Source: Octopus sinensis
Taxonomy: Eukaryota
Assembly: GCF_006345805.1 (NCBI RefSeq)
Contig: NC_043001.1
Location: 26,226,001-26,290,000 of the forward strand
Direction: 5' to 3'
Length of the DNA stretch: 64,000 nucleotides
Shown: positions 37,692-49,966 of the stretch, piece by piece
Numbering within the stretch: the first letter of the stretch is position 1
Layout: each line of letters starts with the position of its first letter
Notes under the pieces: model-generated
Database searches by the model: none
What the model was told of the DNA's origin: nothing
The model's input: only the letters and a program-made list of their open reading frames with translations
Translations under genes and position numbers: made by a program

Positions 37692-37769
37692 ATTCTTAAT
37701 GGAGGACATGACACCTGCCATTTCAGAAGGCACGTCTGCAGGGTCATATTGGAAAAGAAGTTGTTCTTT
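37692..37769 (-). CDS. Exon 1 (first confidently placed) of uncharacterised multi-exon gene: KEQLLFQYDPADVPSEMAGVMSSIKN
   Basis: tttcag|AAA acceptor, AAT|gtacgt donor, 78 nt, phase 0-0, joins exon 2 in frame. Confidence 0.8.
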
Positions 37770-38504
37770 CTGAAATGAAATATATAAATAAAACATTTTA
37801 AAACAATATGATTAAAATAACTGTCTGTTATTGGATAACAGGAATTTATAACATTTTTATACAGTAGTAAACAGTACTTATAAGAACAATACCAGCAATC
37901 TGAGGAAGCATTTTATACTCTCTATAGCTTTTTTTGATATTGTGTGCTGCGATGTAGATATTATTGTTGCTCATGTTTCTACGAAGAAGACATAGAAGAT
38001 AACAGGAGAAAAATTAGTGGAAAGAAGTTCTCAATGACGACAGCAGAGATAGCAATGATGGCGAAGATGATGAACCATTGCTCAAGAAACCCAAATTCTC
38101 AGTTGTATGAGAATCGTTTTGATTATTTCATATTGTACATTGACTTGTCAAGAGAAACTGATATTCAGCAATATTATCAATATTTTAGAGACTTAGAGGA
38201 ACTCATTAACCAGAATTAGCATTAGCAAGTAAATAACAGAAATTTGACTCATTCTCCAAATTCATCCCAACTCTGCTGTAATTGTTAATCCTGTGGATGA
38301 TATGGATCAACCACCCACTGTTGATTCAATCCTTCCATCCTCAGTCACCTCATATTTCTACAAATAGGTGACAAGGACCAATGGAGTATCATAGCTTTAC
38401 TAAATAACAATAAGAGTTATCACCTTTATTTCTATCTCTAATTTCACTACATTAATCTAATAAGTCATTTACTACAGGTAACAAGCTACAGCTCAAATTT
38501 CTTA

Positions 38505-38970
38505 CCATAAATTCTCGAGTATAATCCGCATTTTTTTTCCCAAAATTTAAAAGTCAAAATCCCTAGTGCATATTATACACAAGGTTAAAAATGAAAATTA
38601 TTTTCTAAGCAATGTTTAAGTCTCTATTTGCTGTCCGGCAATGTTTATTCAGCTGCATTTTGTGATGTCAGGCACAAAAATACCTTAAATCATCCATAAT
38701 TTGCAGTAAGCAACATTTATTAAACGTTATTACTGTTATTTCTTTTTCTGCAAACAAAATGCACAAAAATGCTACACGTTTGCATTATGTTATATATACA
38801 ATAATAATACAGTATGCTACCGTATACATTTTTACAAACCAAGGACGTTATATAGACCTCCTTGACTCATGTTAGAGAAGAGGTGCATATTATACACAGG
38901 GTTTAGGTTTTTCAGAGGTACAACCCCTAAAAATCCCCTGCGTATTATACTCAAGGGTGGGCTATATGCT
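38505..38970. mobile_element. Second Tc2/pogo-type MITE, inverted relative to the 6085 copy, right end lost
   Basis: ta-ccataaattctcgagtataatccgca terminus; internal sequence is the reverse complement of 6085-6605. Confidence 0.75.
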
Positions 38971-38974
38971 TACT

Positions 38975-39325
38975 GTTTTACTTGTTTCAGTTATTTGACT
39001 GTGGCCATGCTAGAGCACTGCCTTTAGTCGAGCAAATCGATCCCAGGATTTATTCTTTGTAAGCCTAGTACTTATTCTATCGGTCTCTTTTGCCGAACCA
39101 CTAAGTTACGGGGATATAAACACACCACCATCGGTCATCAAGCGATGTTGGGGGGACAAACACAGACACACATACATATAATAGATGGGCTTCCTTCAAT
39201 TTCCGTCTACCAAATCCACACACAAGGCTTTGGTCGGCCCGAGGCTATAGTAGAAGACACTTGCCTAAGGTGCCACGCAGTGGGACTGAACCCGAACCAT
39301 GTGGTTGGGAAGCAAGCTACTTACC
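38975..39325 (-). mobile_element. Family A SINE
   Basis: reverse complement of tail, body and head. Confidence 0.85.
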
Positions 39326-40343
39326 ACACAGCCACCCCTGCACCTATACTCGAAGATTTATGGTAATTTTTTGACATACTGTAATGTTAAACAATTTTAT
39401 AAGATATTTCCAGTATTACCAACAGAGTTGCACATACTAAATCTAGAAAATGTAACTTTTAAATTGTAGTTTATCATACAAGTAAAAGAAAACTATGTCA
39501 GTGTATTTTTAGATTTAGGATCTCTTTATAACATATGTTATAGTTCCCCCCCTTCCACATACTTTACCTGGTCCTGCATGCATACAAGCCCAGACAGCTA
39601 GTATGAATCTGTGTTTTCTTGAAAACATAATGTCTCAATTTTAATTTTGCCGTAAACGAAGATTTCCTTATTAGTCCTTCATGCTTTACTTGAAACAATA
39701 AGTTTCAAAAGCCCTTCAATATTGCAAAATTGACCCAGTCTTTTTCAATGAAATGATATTGGTGGTCATTGTTTGTGTCATTTTATTGACTCACTCTCTC
39801 TCTCTCTCTTTCTCTCTCGCGCTCTTCCTTTTCTTTTCACACATATGCAGACAAAAACTAGAGTATTAGTCATGGAAAATATATTAATAGCAAAATATAA
39901 CACAAAAGCTCAATACACAAAGAATGATAGTGTACTCTAGTAACAAAATAACCACAGTCACTGAGGCCAAGTTATTTCCTCATTGTTGAAAGAGACTTCA
40001 TTTTAATTGTCAAATATATTTTAAATTCTGCTGCATCAGATGAAAAACAGAGAACACCTTAATGATTTTCAACTACAATAAAACAGCAATAGCATGTGTC
40101 ATCGAATTCAATTCACTATGAAGACTGAAAAAGTCTTGAAACTTTTCCTGTTTTATCAAGTTATTTAGATATTAAATATGTGACCCCGCTCCACTCAATA
40201 AGTCAAATGCTAGGTGGGTTATAAGTTGTTACACAAATTACAACAGAAATATGTTCACAGAAACACACAGATGCAATTCAACACAATTTCTTCCAGATAT
40301 TAGTAACCACAATAGTTAATAGCTATGGTACTTTTCTATTATC

Positions 40344-40648
40344 GGAGGCACATGGCCTAGTGGTTAGAGCAGCGGACTCACAGTCGAGGGATCGCAGGAT
40401 CAAATCTCAGACCGGACGCTCTGTGTGTTTATGAGCGAAACACCTAAGTTCCATGCGGCTCTGGCAGAAGGTAATGGCAAACCTCTGCTGACTCTTTTGC
40501 CACAACTTTCTCTCACTCTTTCATCCTGCATCTAGCAGCTCACCTGCGATGGACCGGCGTCCCAGCCAGGTGGGGAACCTACATGCCAAGGAAACTGGGA
40601 AACCGGCCCTTATGAGCCAGGCATGGCTCGAAAAGGAACAAAAAAAAT
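40344..40648 (+). mobile_element. tRNA-head SINE (family F) with 12-bp TSD
   Basis: TSD ttttctattatc at 40332-40343 and 40649-40660; A-rich tail. Confidence 0.9.
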
Positions 40649-40789
40649 TTTTCTATTATCAACAGCCAATTTTTACTTACTAAAGGATTAGGTTATAGAT
40701 TATTAACCAAAAAATTTTTAACTGAATCTTTAATTCTCAAAACACCAAAAAATCAATTATAATTGAGATTATGGAAGCAGAACATTTTC

Positions 40790-41520
40790 AGTGTTTCCAG
40801 AAGTGACTTGAGTATGCTGCTCACAACATACTTTCCCCAAATAAATTCAGCCAAATATAATTTCAGGTGTTGACATGCAGTTCATCAGTGGTGTTTGCTG
40901 TGCCATTTAGCTGATCTCCACATTCACTCAATGATCTCAGTGTGAACACCACTGTGCTGATCAAATGAAGATATAAGTGAGGATTCACTTTGAAGTGCTC
41001 AAATCCAACCTCTTCAGCTTCTATTGTCTTATAGACAGGTCAATTATCTGAGCAAATGATAGAGCTTTTTCCTATGGTTTCATTGGTGTTCCTTCACTAC
41101 AATCACCAACTATGACCAAAAAGTACTTGGTCATCTCCTAACAGAGTCCTCCAAAAATCCACTGCTGAGGAAACATGAATAGTATTGTTCTTATGTTTAG
41201 TGAACAAGCTCTTGATTTCAGTGATTAATCCTTTGTCTCTGATCTTATTTCTTGGCTCAAGTATTTAGTGCAAATTTATTGTATGTAACTATTCCTGTTG
41301 AACAGTTGCGTTCTTGTTTATGCCTAATTCCTCCTCACAAAACTTGACTGACATCATTTCCTTGGACCAGCAATATAAGAAGTGGTTGGCTGTCATAAAC
41401 GGTAGATGACTATCAGGGAACCAATTTCCAGTATGCATGTTGACCTGCTTTTGAGAAGTGGACTTCCTGCAATCCCACAAAACATACAAACCAAAGTACA
41501 GTTTCCTTTCATGACTGAGG
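40790..41520 (-). mobile_element. Merlin (IS1016/IS1595-like) DNA transposase remnant
   Basis: YCWSKEMMSVKFCEEELG, KGLITEI-KSLFTKHKNN, PQQWIFGGLC, IICSDN, FEHFKVN, GVHTEIIE*MWRSAKW, LYLAEFIW; stops and frameshifts. Confidence 0.85.
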
Positions 41521-42097
41521 CAGAGAAAAGATATACATTCTAACAAAAAAAAAAAAAAAAAAATTTGAAAATACCAGAAAAATATTTAGTTATTTTAATC
41601 TTTTAATAAATGATAAATTGGTTGTTTATAATAGAAAAACACCATAGTTACTATAGTGGCACAAAATACAGTCAAATATTGACCATAGATAAAGAAAATT
41701 TTCTCTTCTTTATATTCGTTAACTTTTTCATAGGTATTAAGCAAAATATTTCATCCAATTACATGTTAGGAGGGGTGGTCATTATTTTTATTGTGGCTTT
41801 TATTGTTTTTGAAATATCTCTATATTATCATGGATTCACTGATTCTTCAAATACAAATATTTATCTGAACCTGCTGAAGAAAGTATTTTTACAGCTGGTT
41901 GCCCTAACTATCCTTAAATATAAATTAGGAGAAACAGTTCTTTTTCTAGGTTAATAGTGTACTCATTGACAGGTAAAACAGAATAGTTAAGCTTAAGTTT
42001 GAAAACAATATTTTGTTTGTTAGTGATCCAGCATTTTATTGGAAGTCGTTGTGTTTATTAATATTACTTTATCAAGAGATCAGTCGTTTATTTAGAG

Positions 42098-42439
42098 CAG
42101 AGATTCTCAAACTTTTTAGGTCACCGTTCCCCTCATGGCCACATAATACCCTCAGCACCCCCACCCCTATTTTTATGTATAAATAAATATTTTATATTTT
42201 ACTAATTTATATATACTATGAATCATTCGATATTTAATATAATATTATATAATTTGTTTACAATACTATAATAATATTATAATAAATTCATAGCGTCCCC
42301 CAATTCACTGCCTTCCTCCCAACGCCTCCTTTTTCTCTACTACTCCCCCACACACACATACACACTTAGGCACCAGTGCCCACCTGGATTGTCTCAACAT
42401 CCACCAGGGGGGTGGTAGCATCCACTTTGAGAACCTGTG
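42098..42439. mobile_element. hAT (Buster/Charlie-type) MITE
   Basis: TIRs cagagattctcaaa / tttgagaacctgtg; 8-bp TSD atttagag (central TA) at 42090-42097 and 42440-42447. Confidence 0.88.
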
Positions 42440-42703
42440 ATTTAGAGTCACACAAAATGCTTTGCTATATTTAGTTATAATCATTTACAGTCAGAGTTCA
42501 AATCCAGCCAACATCAACTTTACCTTTCATCCCTTTTAGTACCAGTCAATTAGTGATGTCAATGTAATCAAGTACACTCTCTATCAAAAGGTGTGATTTT
42601 GCATGTCTGGTAAGTTCACTGTCATCAATTCACTGTCATCAGTTCACCACCATCAACTCGCTGTTTTTGATTTTAATATAACAGTTTTTAACTATTAATG
42701 GTA

Positions 42704-43050
42704 GGTGTAGGAGTGGCTGTGTGGTAAGAAGCTTGCTTACCAGCCACATGGTTCCGGGTTCAGTCCCACTGTGTGGCACCTTCTACTAAAGCCTCGGGCC
42801 GGCCAAAGCCTTGTGAGTGGATTTGGTAGACGGAAACTGAAAGAAGCCCATCATATATATGTATATATATGTGTATGGGTGTGTATGTTTGTGTGTCTGT
42901 GTTTTTCCCCCCAACATCGCTTGACAACCAATGCTGACCAGTAGAATAAGTACTAGGCTTACAAAGAATGAGTCCTGGGGTTGATTTGCTTGACTAAAGG
43001 CAGTGATCCAGTATGGCCACAGTCAAATGAGTAAAAGAGAGTAAAAGAAA
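42704..43050 (+). mobile_element. Family A SINE with internal deletions
   Basis: ggtgtaggagtggctgtgtggtaagaagc head to gtaaaaga tail. Confidence 0.85.
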
Positions 43051-43479
43051 AAAAAAAAGAGAGAATGGTGAGATACTATGGATATATTTTCTTGGTAAAC
43101 TTTCCTCACAGTGAATTTTCTTTATGTTGCATGGATTGTGGTGAAACTTACCTGTCATCATGATTTTTTACCAATGTTAGAAATCAAAATTACATAGTCA
43201 GGGACAAAGTCAAGTATGACAGGGTTTGAACTCAGAACCACATTGAATAAATACATCACTAGATTTAATTTCTTCCCTCATGCTTTCATGTTCAAATTCC
43301 ATTGTGGTCCCCTTCAGAGCCTAAGATAATGAAAATATGGTACTTGTAAAATACTGGAAGTGATTCAGTGGACCATACCTTTCCCCCATACACTCTTAAC
43401 TTGAAGCCAAAGAAAAATATCAATATTATTTTTACTTCAAAAATTTAAAGAAAAAACAATACTAGAATACTGTCGCTCT

Positions 43480-43902
43480 TTTAGTCTTTTACCTGTTTCA
43501 GTCATTTGACTGTGGCCATGCAGGAGTACTGTCTTTAGTTAAGCATATCGACCCCAGGACGCATTCTTTCTAAGCCTAGCACTTATTCTATCGCTCTCTT
43601 TTGCAGAACTGCTAAGCTATGATGATGTAAACACACCAGCATCGGTTGCCAAGTAATGTTGGAAGGGGGGGGGGACAAACACAGACACACAAACATATAC
43701 ACACACATACATATATATATATATATACACATATATACGATGGGCTTCATTCAGTTTCCTTTCGTCTACCAAATCCACTCACAAGGCTTTGGTCAGCCCA
43801 AGGCTATAGTAGAAAACACTTGCCCAAGGTGCCACGCAGTGGGACTGAACCTGGAACTATGTGGTTGGGAAGCAAGCTACTTACCACATAGCCACTCCTA
43901 CG
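43480..43902 (-). mobile_element. Family A SINE, full length
   Basis: reverse complement from tail to ggcgtaggagtggctatgtgg head. Confidence 0.88.
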
Positions 43903-46654
43903 CCTGTCATTTATTTTTGTTTTCAATATGAAAAACAAAAATTAAACATGTTTCAGATTGACATTTGGTTTATTAATCTCAGCCTGATCTTTAAAAAGAA
44001 TTTTAATTGACATAAAAAATAAAACCTAAATGTTTTAAAGTGTCAATGGTTATATACACAAATTATAATGGAGAGTAGATCTTACGCATGAGATGAAACT
44101 TGGCAAATATTTGTGAACAGATATTGAATTTATTTAATGAAAGAACAAGGAGGTTTTTAACTACCGATTATTGAAGAAATTATTTAGTGTGCTTAAATGA
44201 TTCAATACTGAAAATTTTATGATGATGATCATAACAATGATAATGACAAACATAATAACACATTATCACATACAGAAACAATTGACTAAAAATCTCAAAT
44301 TAAAATGCATGGCTAGAGAAAGAATAACAAATCTGAGGAAAATTTGGTGCCAGACTATTTGGATAGAAATAAAAAAAAGAAGTTTTAAAAAATCCAATAT
44401 TTACCATAAATGATGTAGATTAAATATAATTTAATATCAAAACAATGTACATAAACTGAACCCAAATTTCTAACCTAATCCATAATGCTCACTGGTTAAA
44501 ATTAAATCTTGCTGTCATGAAAATTATTCTAAACTTGAATGATTCTAATTTGAGCGTTAATTTCAAGGAAAAGTGGACAAATTAAAATATAATTTTTCAG
44601 TAAATTAATAGAATAATCCCAAATAAAATAAGTAACGGAATCTACTGGCGTTCATTCAGAACCATGAGTTTAAAGCTGTGTTATACTTTTGGACAAAATG
44701 AGTTAAACTTATTTTCTGCTCCATAGCTAGGGAATATGGTTTAGACTTCCTACGGAAATTGGAGGCAATAGACTAACATCCTATGCAATGCAAGACTTGT
44801 CTTTCATTCACTCTATACTAGATGAAAATAAAGAAGAAAAAGAGCTAAGCATCAGACCTATGAAGCATTAAAACATCAAATTCTAATTTTCTGCTGGAAT
44901 ATATGGCAGTTTCTATTACAAGTACAAGCCAATTCTATAAATATTCATATATTACTTTGGTATTTCTAAAGAGAGAGACTTTCAAAGTAGGAAGCTAGTT
45001 TGTAAACAACATCAATAAAAAAGGAGAAGAGTGTAATTAGAACAGCCTACAGATAACAATTTCAAAAAATAAATCACTGAGGTTATTGCTGTATGATTGA
45101 TTTCAAAATGAAATAAACACATGGAACAGTTTGATAAAGAGGGGCTTTTTCTTCTTTTTTTAATGGGTTCAAAACCATTACAATAACTAATGCCTTAATG
45201 GTGTTAGGTTGACTCTCTTGATTTTTTGGTTTTTACTTTTTAATCATCAACTTTAATGTAAAACGACAACAATATCTTCTAACCATACTTTCTGGGGGTT
45301 TTTTTTGTTGTTTTTTCTTTTGTTCTTACACTGTTTTCTCATTATCAGCTCATCTATTTTTCCATTTACATCCTAAAAATTATTGACAGTGTATCACATT
45401 CTTTTCTCCCTCTCAAAACTGACCGATTTATTTATGAAAATTCAAACAAAACAAAATGCATTAACTTAACGCAAAACAATTATTTTGTTTGTTTGAAAAA
45501 ATGAATTTTTCTTGAAATAAATTTATATATTTTGAGAATACTACTGGATAATTTTAACAAGCAACTTGAAAATAAGTGTAGCAAAAAGTGTTTTGGTAAA
45601 TGCTTTAAATGGCAAATCAAAACCAAAAACTTATTTCTTCTTGCTGATGTATCAAGTTCATTTTACAGTCTTAGTATTTCCAATTGCTTTGGGTTTACAT
45701 ACGTTTCTTTAATAAAATAATTATCTTGTAATTTGTAAGTAAAAAAAAGAAATTGAAGAATTCAAAAGCAACAACAAATAATCCTGCTTGAAAAACAATT
45801 CTCCACAATAAAACATATATTCAAAAGCTTTATTTTTGTTATAAAGATTCCATCGCTGTGTGAATTTAGTATTCAACTATTATTATTTATTCTTACAATA
45901 CACATTATCTTCCTCTTTCTATAAGTCTGTTTTAAAAACTGTCTCATGTGAGTACTGTATTCTTTCTAACACAAACTGTACTTACACAAAACATGAACTA
46001 GTGATATAAAATACTTTACTGAAACAATGCTTCAGCTTTTATAACTATTTCAAGCCACTCCTTGCATTGAATGCAATTTATCAATAATCTTGCTGTTCAA
46101 AATCTGTCTCTATTATTTAAGAAAAAAAAAACAGTCTAAAGAAAGCTATTTGAAACATCTGTATTTTAGCGCAAGTTCCTCTATCCTATTTGAGGAGTTT
46201 AATAACATAGCTTCAAAGTTAAAAGGCATTCATAAAACAATACATTTTCTCTGTTGATAGGTTGGCCTCATTATCAAATGAGCTGATTATGTTAATTCAT
46301 AGAATCCTGAACTCACAGAGCAGAATATCCTGCTTATAGACTAAGTGAATGAAGGTGAAAAAAAGCCCCCACATATGGTATTGAAAAACAGAACTGATAA
46401 ATGCAACAACCGTGTGTAGGGAGGGGAAGGAAATGAATGAATAAAAAAGAAAATAGGGAAAAGGGGAAGGAGGAACATAGATAATTTGTGAGAAAATAGG
46501 ATGAGTTTATTTCATCTTATTATGATAAACAGAACAAGATAAAAATTGTAGTGTTTGATTAATAAAATTAGTAATGTATACGAAAGGTGACTATGAAAGC
46601 ATGGACAAATGCATAAAAATGCATTTATAAATAAATATATATTATAATCATTTG

Positions 46655-46885
46655 GGAGGCGGTGAGCTGGCAGAAATGTTAGCGTGCCGGGCGAAATGCT
46701 TAGCGGTATTTCGTTTGTCATTACGTTCTGAGTTCAAATTCCGCCAAGGTCGGTTTTGCCTTTCATCCTCTCGGGGTCGATAAATAAAGTACCAGTTTCG
46801 CACTGGGTCGATGTAATCGACTTAATCCCTTTGTCTGTCCTTGTTTGTCCCCTCTATGTTTAGCCCCTTGTGGGTAGTAAAGAAA
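46655..46885 (+). mobile_element. SINE family B with imperfect TSD
   Basis: atatatattataa(t/c)catttgg on both flanks. Confidence 0.88.
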
Positions 46886-48375
46886 TATATATATTATAAC
46901 CATTTGGACATTCCACTAACAAAACTGGAATTTTTATTTCTTTCAAGTCTATAAGATTGTGACAAAATAAAGGAGTAAATAATACAGTCATTTTTTAAAG
47001 TTAAATTACTTTGAAAAGCATAAAAATCAAATAATAATTTTCATTTTACTTTTTGCAAACACAGATTTATAAAAAATAAACAGATAGTGATTAATGGTAA
47101 ACACAAATGAATAAAATAAAGTGCCTAGTGAATGAGATTTTGAGAAACATATAAATTGCAAAAATAAACCTGGGAAATTCTAGATTCCACTCATTTAATA
47201 ATCGTTTGAACTTTTATTTAACTGGTTAAAATGTTGATGATAGCTGAAATCTATTTGTCCTTAATTTTCTTTCCTTTCCTTTTTACTTTTTTACATTACT
47301 ATCATAACCAATTTCAACTTATAGATGAGAATGTTTCTGAAGCTGGATGAATTGTATGACTTTTTTTTCATAGAAACAACTAAAAGTGCTGATTGATTAG
47401 CTCAATATAGCAAAACAGATCTTCTTTCACAAATGCTTTACTATCTCATTTTGTGTGTGTGTGTGTGTGTGTGTGAGTCTGCATGCTTGCACATGCATGC
47501 ATGCACACACATACACACACACAGGCATTCATGCACACATCTGTGTGTATTACCCTACCATCTTTTGATTAGAAATCCTAATTAAATCCTTTGTTTGATA
47601 AGCAACCTCTAAGCCATTGATCCACTCAGGCAGAGCTGATCACAACTATCCAACACCAATAACTTTTGACACATCTCTAACGATTAATAGAAATTTATGA
47701 CAGTAATTAATTTAACTATTTTTTTCTCCTTTTTTGCAATGTAAAAATTGCCAATGATTCTCAAATCTGATGTAAAACAGAGCGTAAGCTGTGGCTCACA
47801 GAAAACCATCTTTTGCTTAACTAATGAACTGTTTACAATAATTACAGTTAGAATCAAATGACAGTAGGCAGATATCAGTGGACCAAACTTCAAACGCTTT
47901 GTTTTTTGTTTACATAGCAGCTTTCCATCTTTTAATAAAGTATTCAGTGGAAGTTGGCTTACAGCTCTTGGAAGTGTATTAGATGTAGAATGACATTGCT
48001 AGGAGTGGTACCTGCAGTATCTTTGGTGGGATCACAGGTTAAACTGATCTGCTGACCTACATCATCATAAAAGAATTGACAAAGTCCAGACCAATTAGCA
48101 AATTAAATGACTGAAAAGTATGTGAGTTGCTGTATAAAGTGGGTGTTATAGGAATAGCAATGTTTATAGGAGTTAATTAGATGCAAATCATGCTCAAATA
48201 CTATGTTAGTTTTATTAAATAAAAAGCAGGATGAATGTATTGGGAGAATACAAGCTAAATGACAAAACTAAGTAGATGCTGTCATAAGAAGTAACCATAA
48301 GAGATTTCCTTGCTAAAAACTTTAGTAAAGGAGAGCACTTGGCCATCATGTCTGATGTGTTGGTCTCAACTTTAA

Positions 48376-48594
48376 CCCTTTAGTATTTAAACTGGCCATA
48401 TCCAGCCCAAATATTCTCCTGTTTTATGTTCAAACTGGCTAGATCTGGCCTCTTACACCAACCCTACAATATCCTTCTAAACATTAACAGTTACCTCATC
48501 AAAATCTCAAAGCCACAAGATAATGCAAGATTAATTCAAAACAATGTGAATAAATAAGCATTACTTTTGACAGAATGATGTGAATGCTAAAGGG
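48376..48594. mobile_element. piggyBac-type MITE
   Basis: ttaa-ccctttagtatt ... aatgctaaaggg; same family as 26327. Confidence 0.75.
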
Positions 48595-48837
48595 ATAAAT
48601 GGGACAGGATTGTAAATAGCATGGAGACAAACATTTTGTAAGTCAATTTTAATACCTTTGAAGGCATAAGAGCTTATTTAGGAGAGAGAGAGAATAATAT
48701 ATTTCTTTCAAGCCAATCTTTTATTTTTTACTTGTTTCAGTCATTGGACTCCAACCATGCTGTGGGACACCACCTTGAAGGGCTTTAGTCAAACAAATAA
48801 ACCATCAACCACAGTACTTTATTTTTTAAAATGATGA

Positions 48838-49310
48838 TGATCATCATCATCATCGTCGTCGTCATCATTTAACGTCCGCTTTCCATGCTCACATGGGCTG
48901 GGCAATTTGACTGAGGGCTGGCGAATCAGATGGCTGCACCAGGATCAATCTTGATCTGGCATAGTTTCTACAGCTGGATGCCCTTCCTAACGCCAACCAC
49001 TCCGTGAGTGTAGTGGGTGCTTTTACGTGCCACCGACACAGGGCCAGTCAGGCGGTACTGGCAACGACCTCGCTTGAATCTTTTACACATGCCACTGGCA
49101 CAGGTGCCAGTAAGGCGATGCTGGTAATGATCATGCTCGAATGGTGTCTTTTACATGCCACTGGCACGGAGGCCAGATAGCCGCTTTGGAAACGATCACG
49201 CTTGGATGGTGCTCTGAACACCCTACTAGCACGGGGCTCGAGTGCCAGTAAGGCAATGTTGGTAATGATCACACTTGAATGGTGCCTTTTATGTGCCACT
49301 GGCACAGAAG
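48838..49310 (-). mobile_element. Family C retroposon with extra internal units
   Basis: (CAT)n start; ccagtaaggc(g/a)atg(c/t)tggtaatgatca unit present twice. Confidence 0.8.
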
Positions 49311-49680
49311 CCTGGTACTTATTCTATCATTCTTTTTTGCAGAACTGTTATGTTAAAGGACATAAACAAACCAACACCAATCATCAAGCAGTGGGGAGAC
49401 AGACACAAATACACCAACATGCACTGATACACAGAATGGCCTAGTGGTTAGAGTGTTACACTCACAATTGCAAGATTGTGGTTTTAATTCCCAAACCAGC
49501 AGTGTATTGTGTTCTCAAGCTAAACACTTTATTCACATTGCTCCAATCAACTCAGCTATAAATGGGTTATGCTGCAACAGACTGGTGGAATATTGGGGAA
49601 GATTGGCATGACCACCTAACCAGCAGGGTGCCATCATTCAAAAGTACAACAATGTGATGAAGTGTATTGTATTGTAATGT

Positions 49681-49966
49681 GAAGGCACATGGCCTAGTGG
49701 TTAGAGCAGGGATCGTGGGTTCGAATCTCAGACCGGACGATGCGTGTGTTTATGAATGAAACACCTAAACTCCATGCGGCTCCGGCAGAAGGTAATGGCG
49801 AACTTCTGCTGACTACTTCACCACAACTTTCTCTCACTCTTTCCTGCTGCATCTTGCAGCTCACTTGCGATGGACCGGCGTCCCGTCCAGGTGGGGAACC
49901 TATACGCCAAGAAACCGGGAAACCAGCCCTTATGAGCCAGGCATGGCTCGTGAAGGAACAAACAAC
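49681..49966 (+). mobile_element. tRNA-head SINE (family F)
   Basis: gaaggcacatggcctagtggttagagc head, gaaggaacaaacaac tail, aagtgtattgta on both flanks. Confidence 0.88.

Noticed and set aside
37944-38219. Plus ORF of 91 aa and D-rich alternative frame
   Set aside because: No splice or homology support
38349-38357. 9-nt microexon-like gtag|AAATATGAG|gtgact (minus)
   Set aside because: Such motifs arise by chance in 20 kb of AT-rich DNA; no support
39420-39608. Two small exon-like units that could bridge 57604 (phase 2) to exon 1
   Set aside because: Poor acceptor at 39608 and an unconvincing peptide; the phase match may be coincidence
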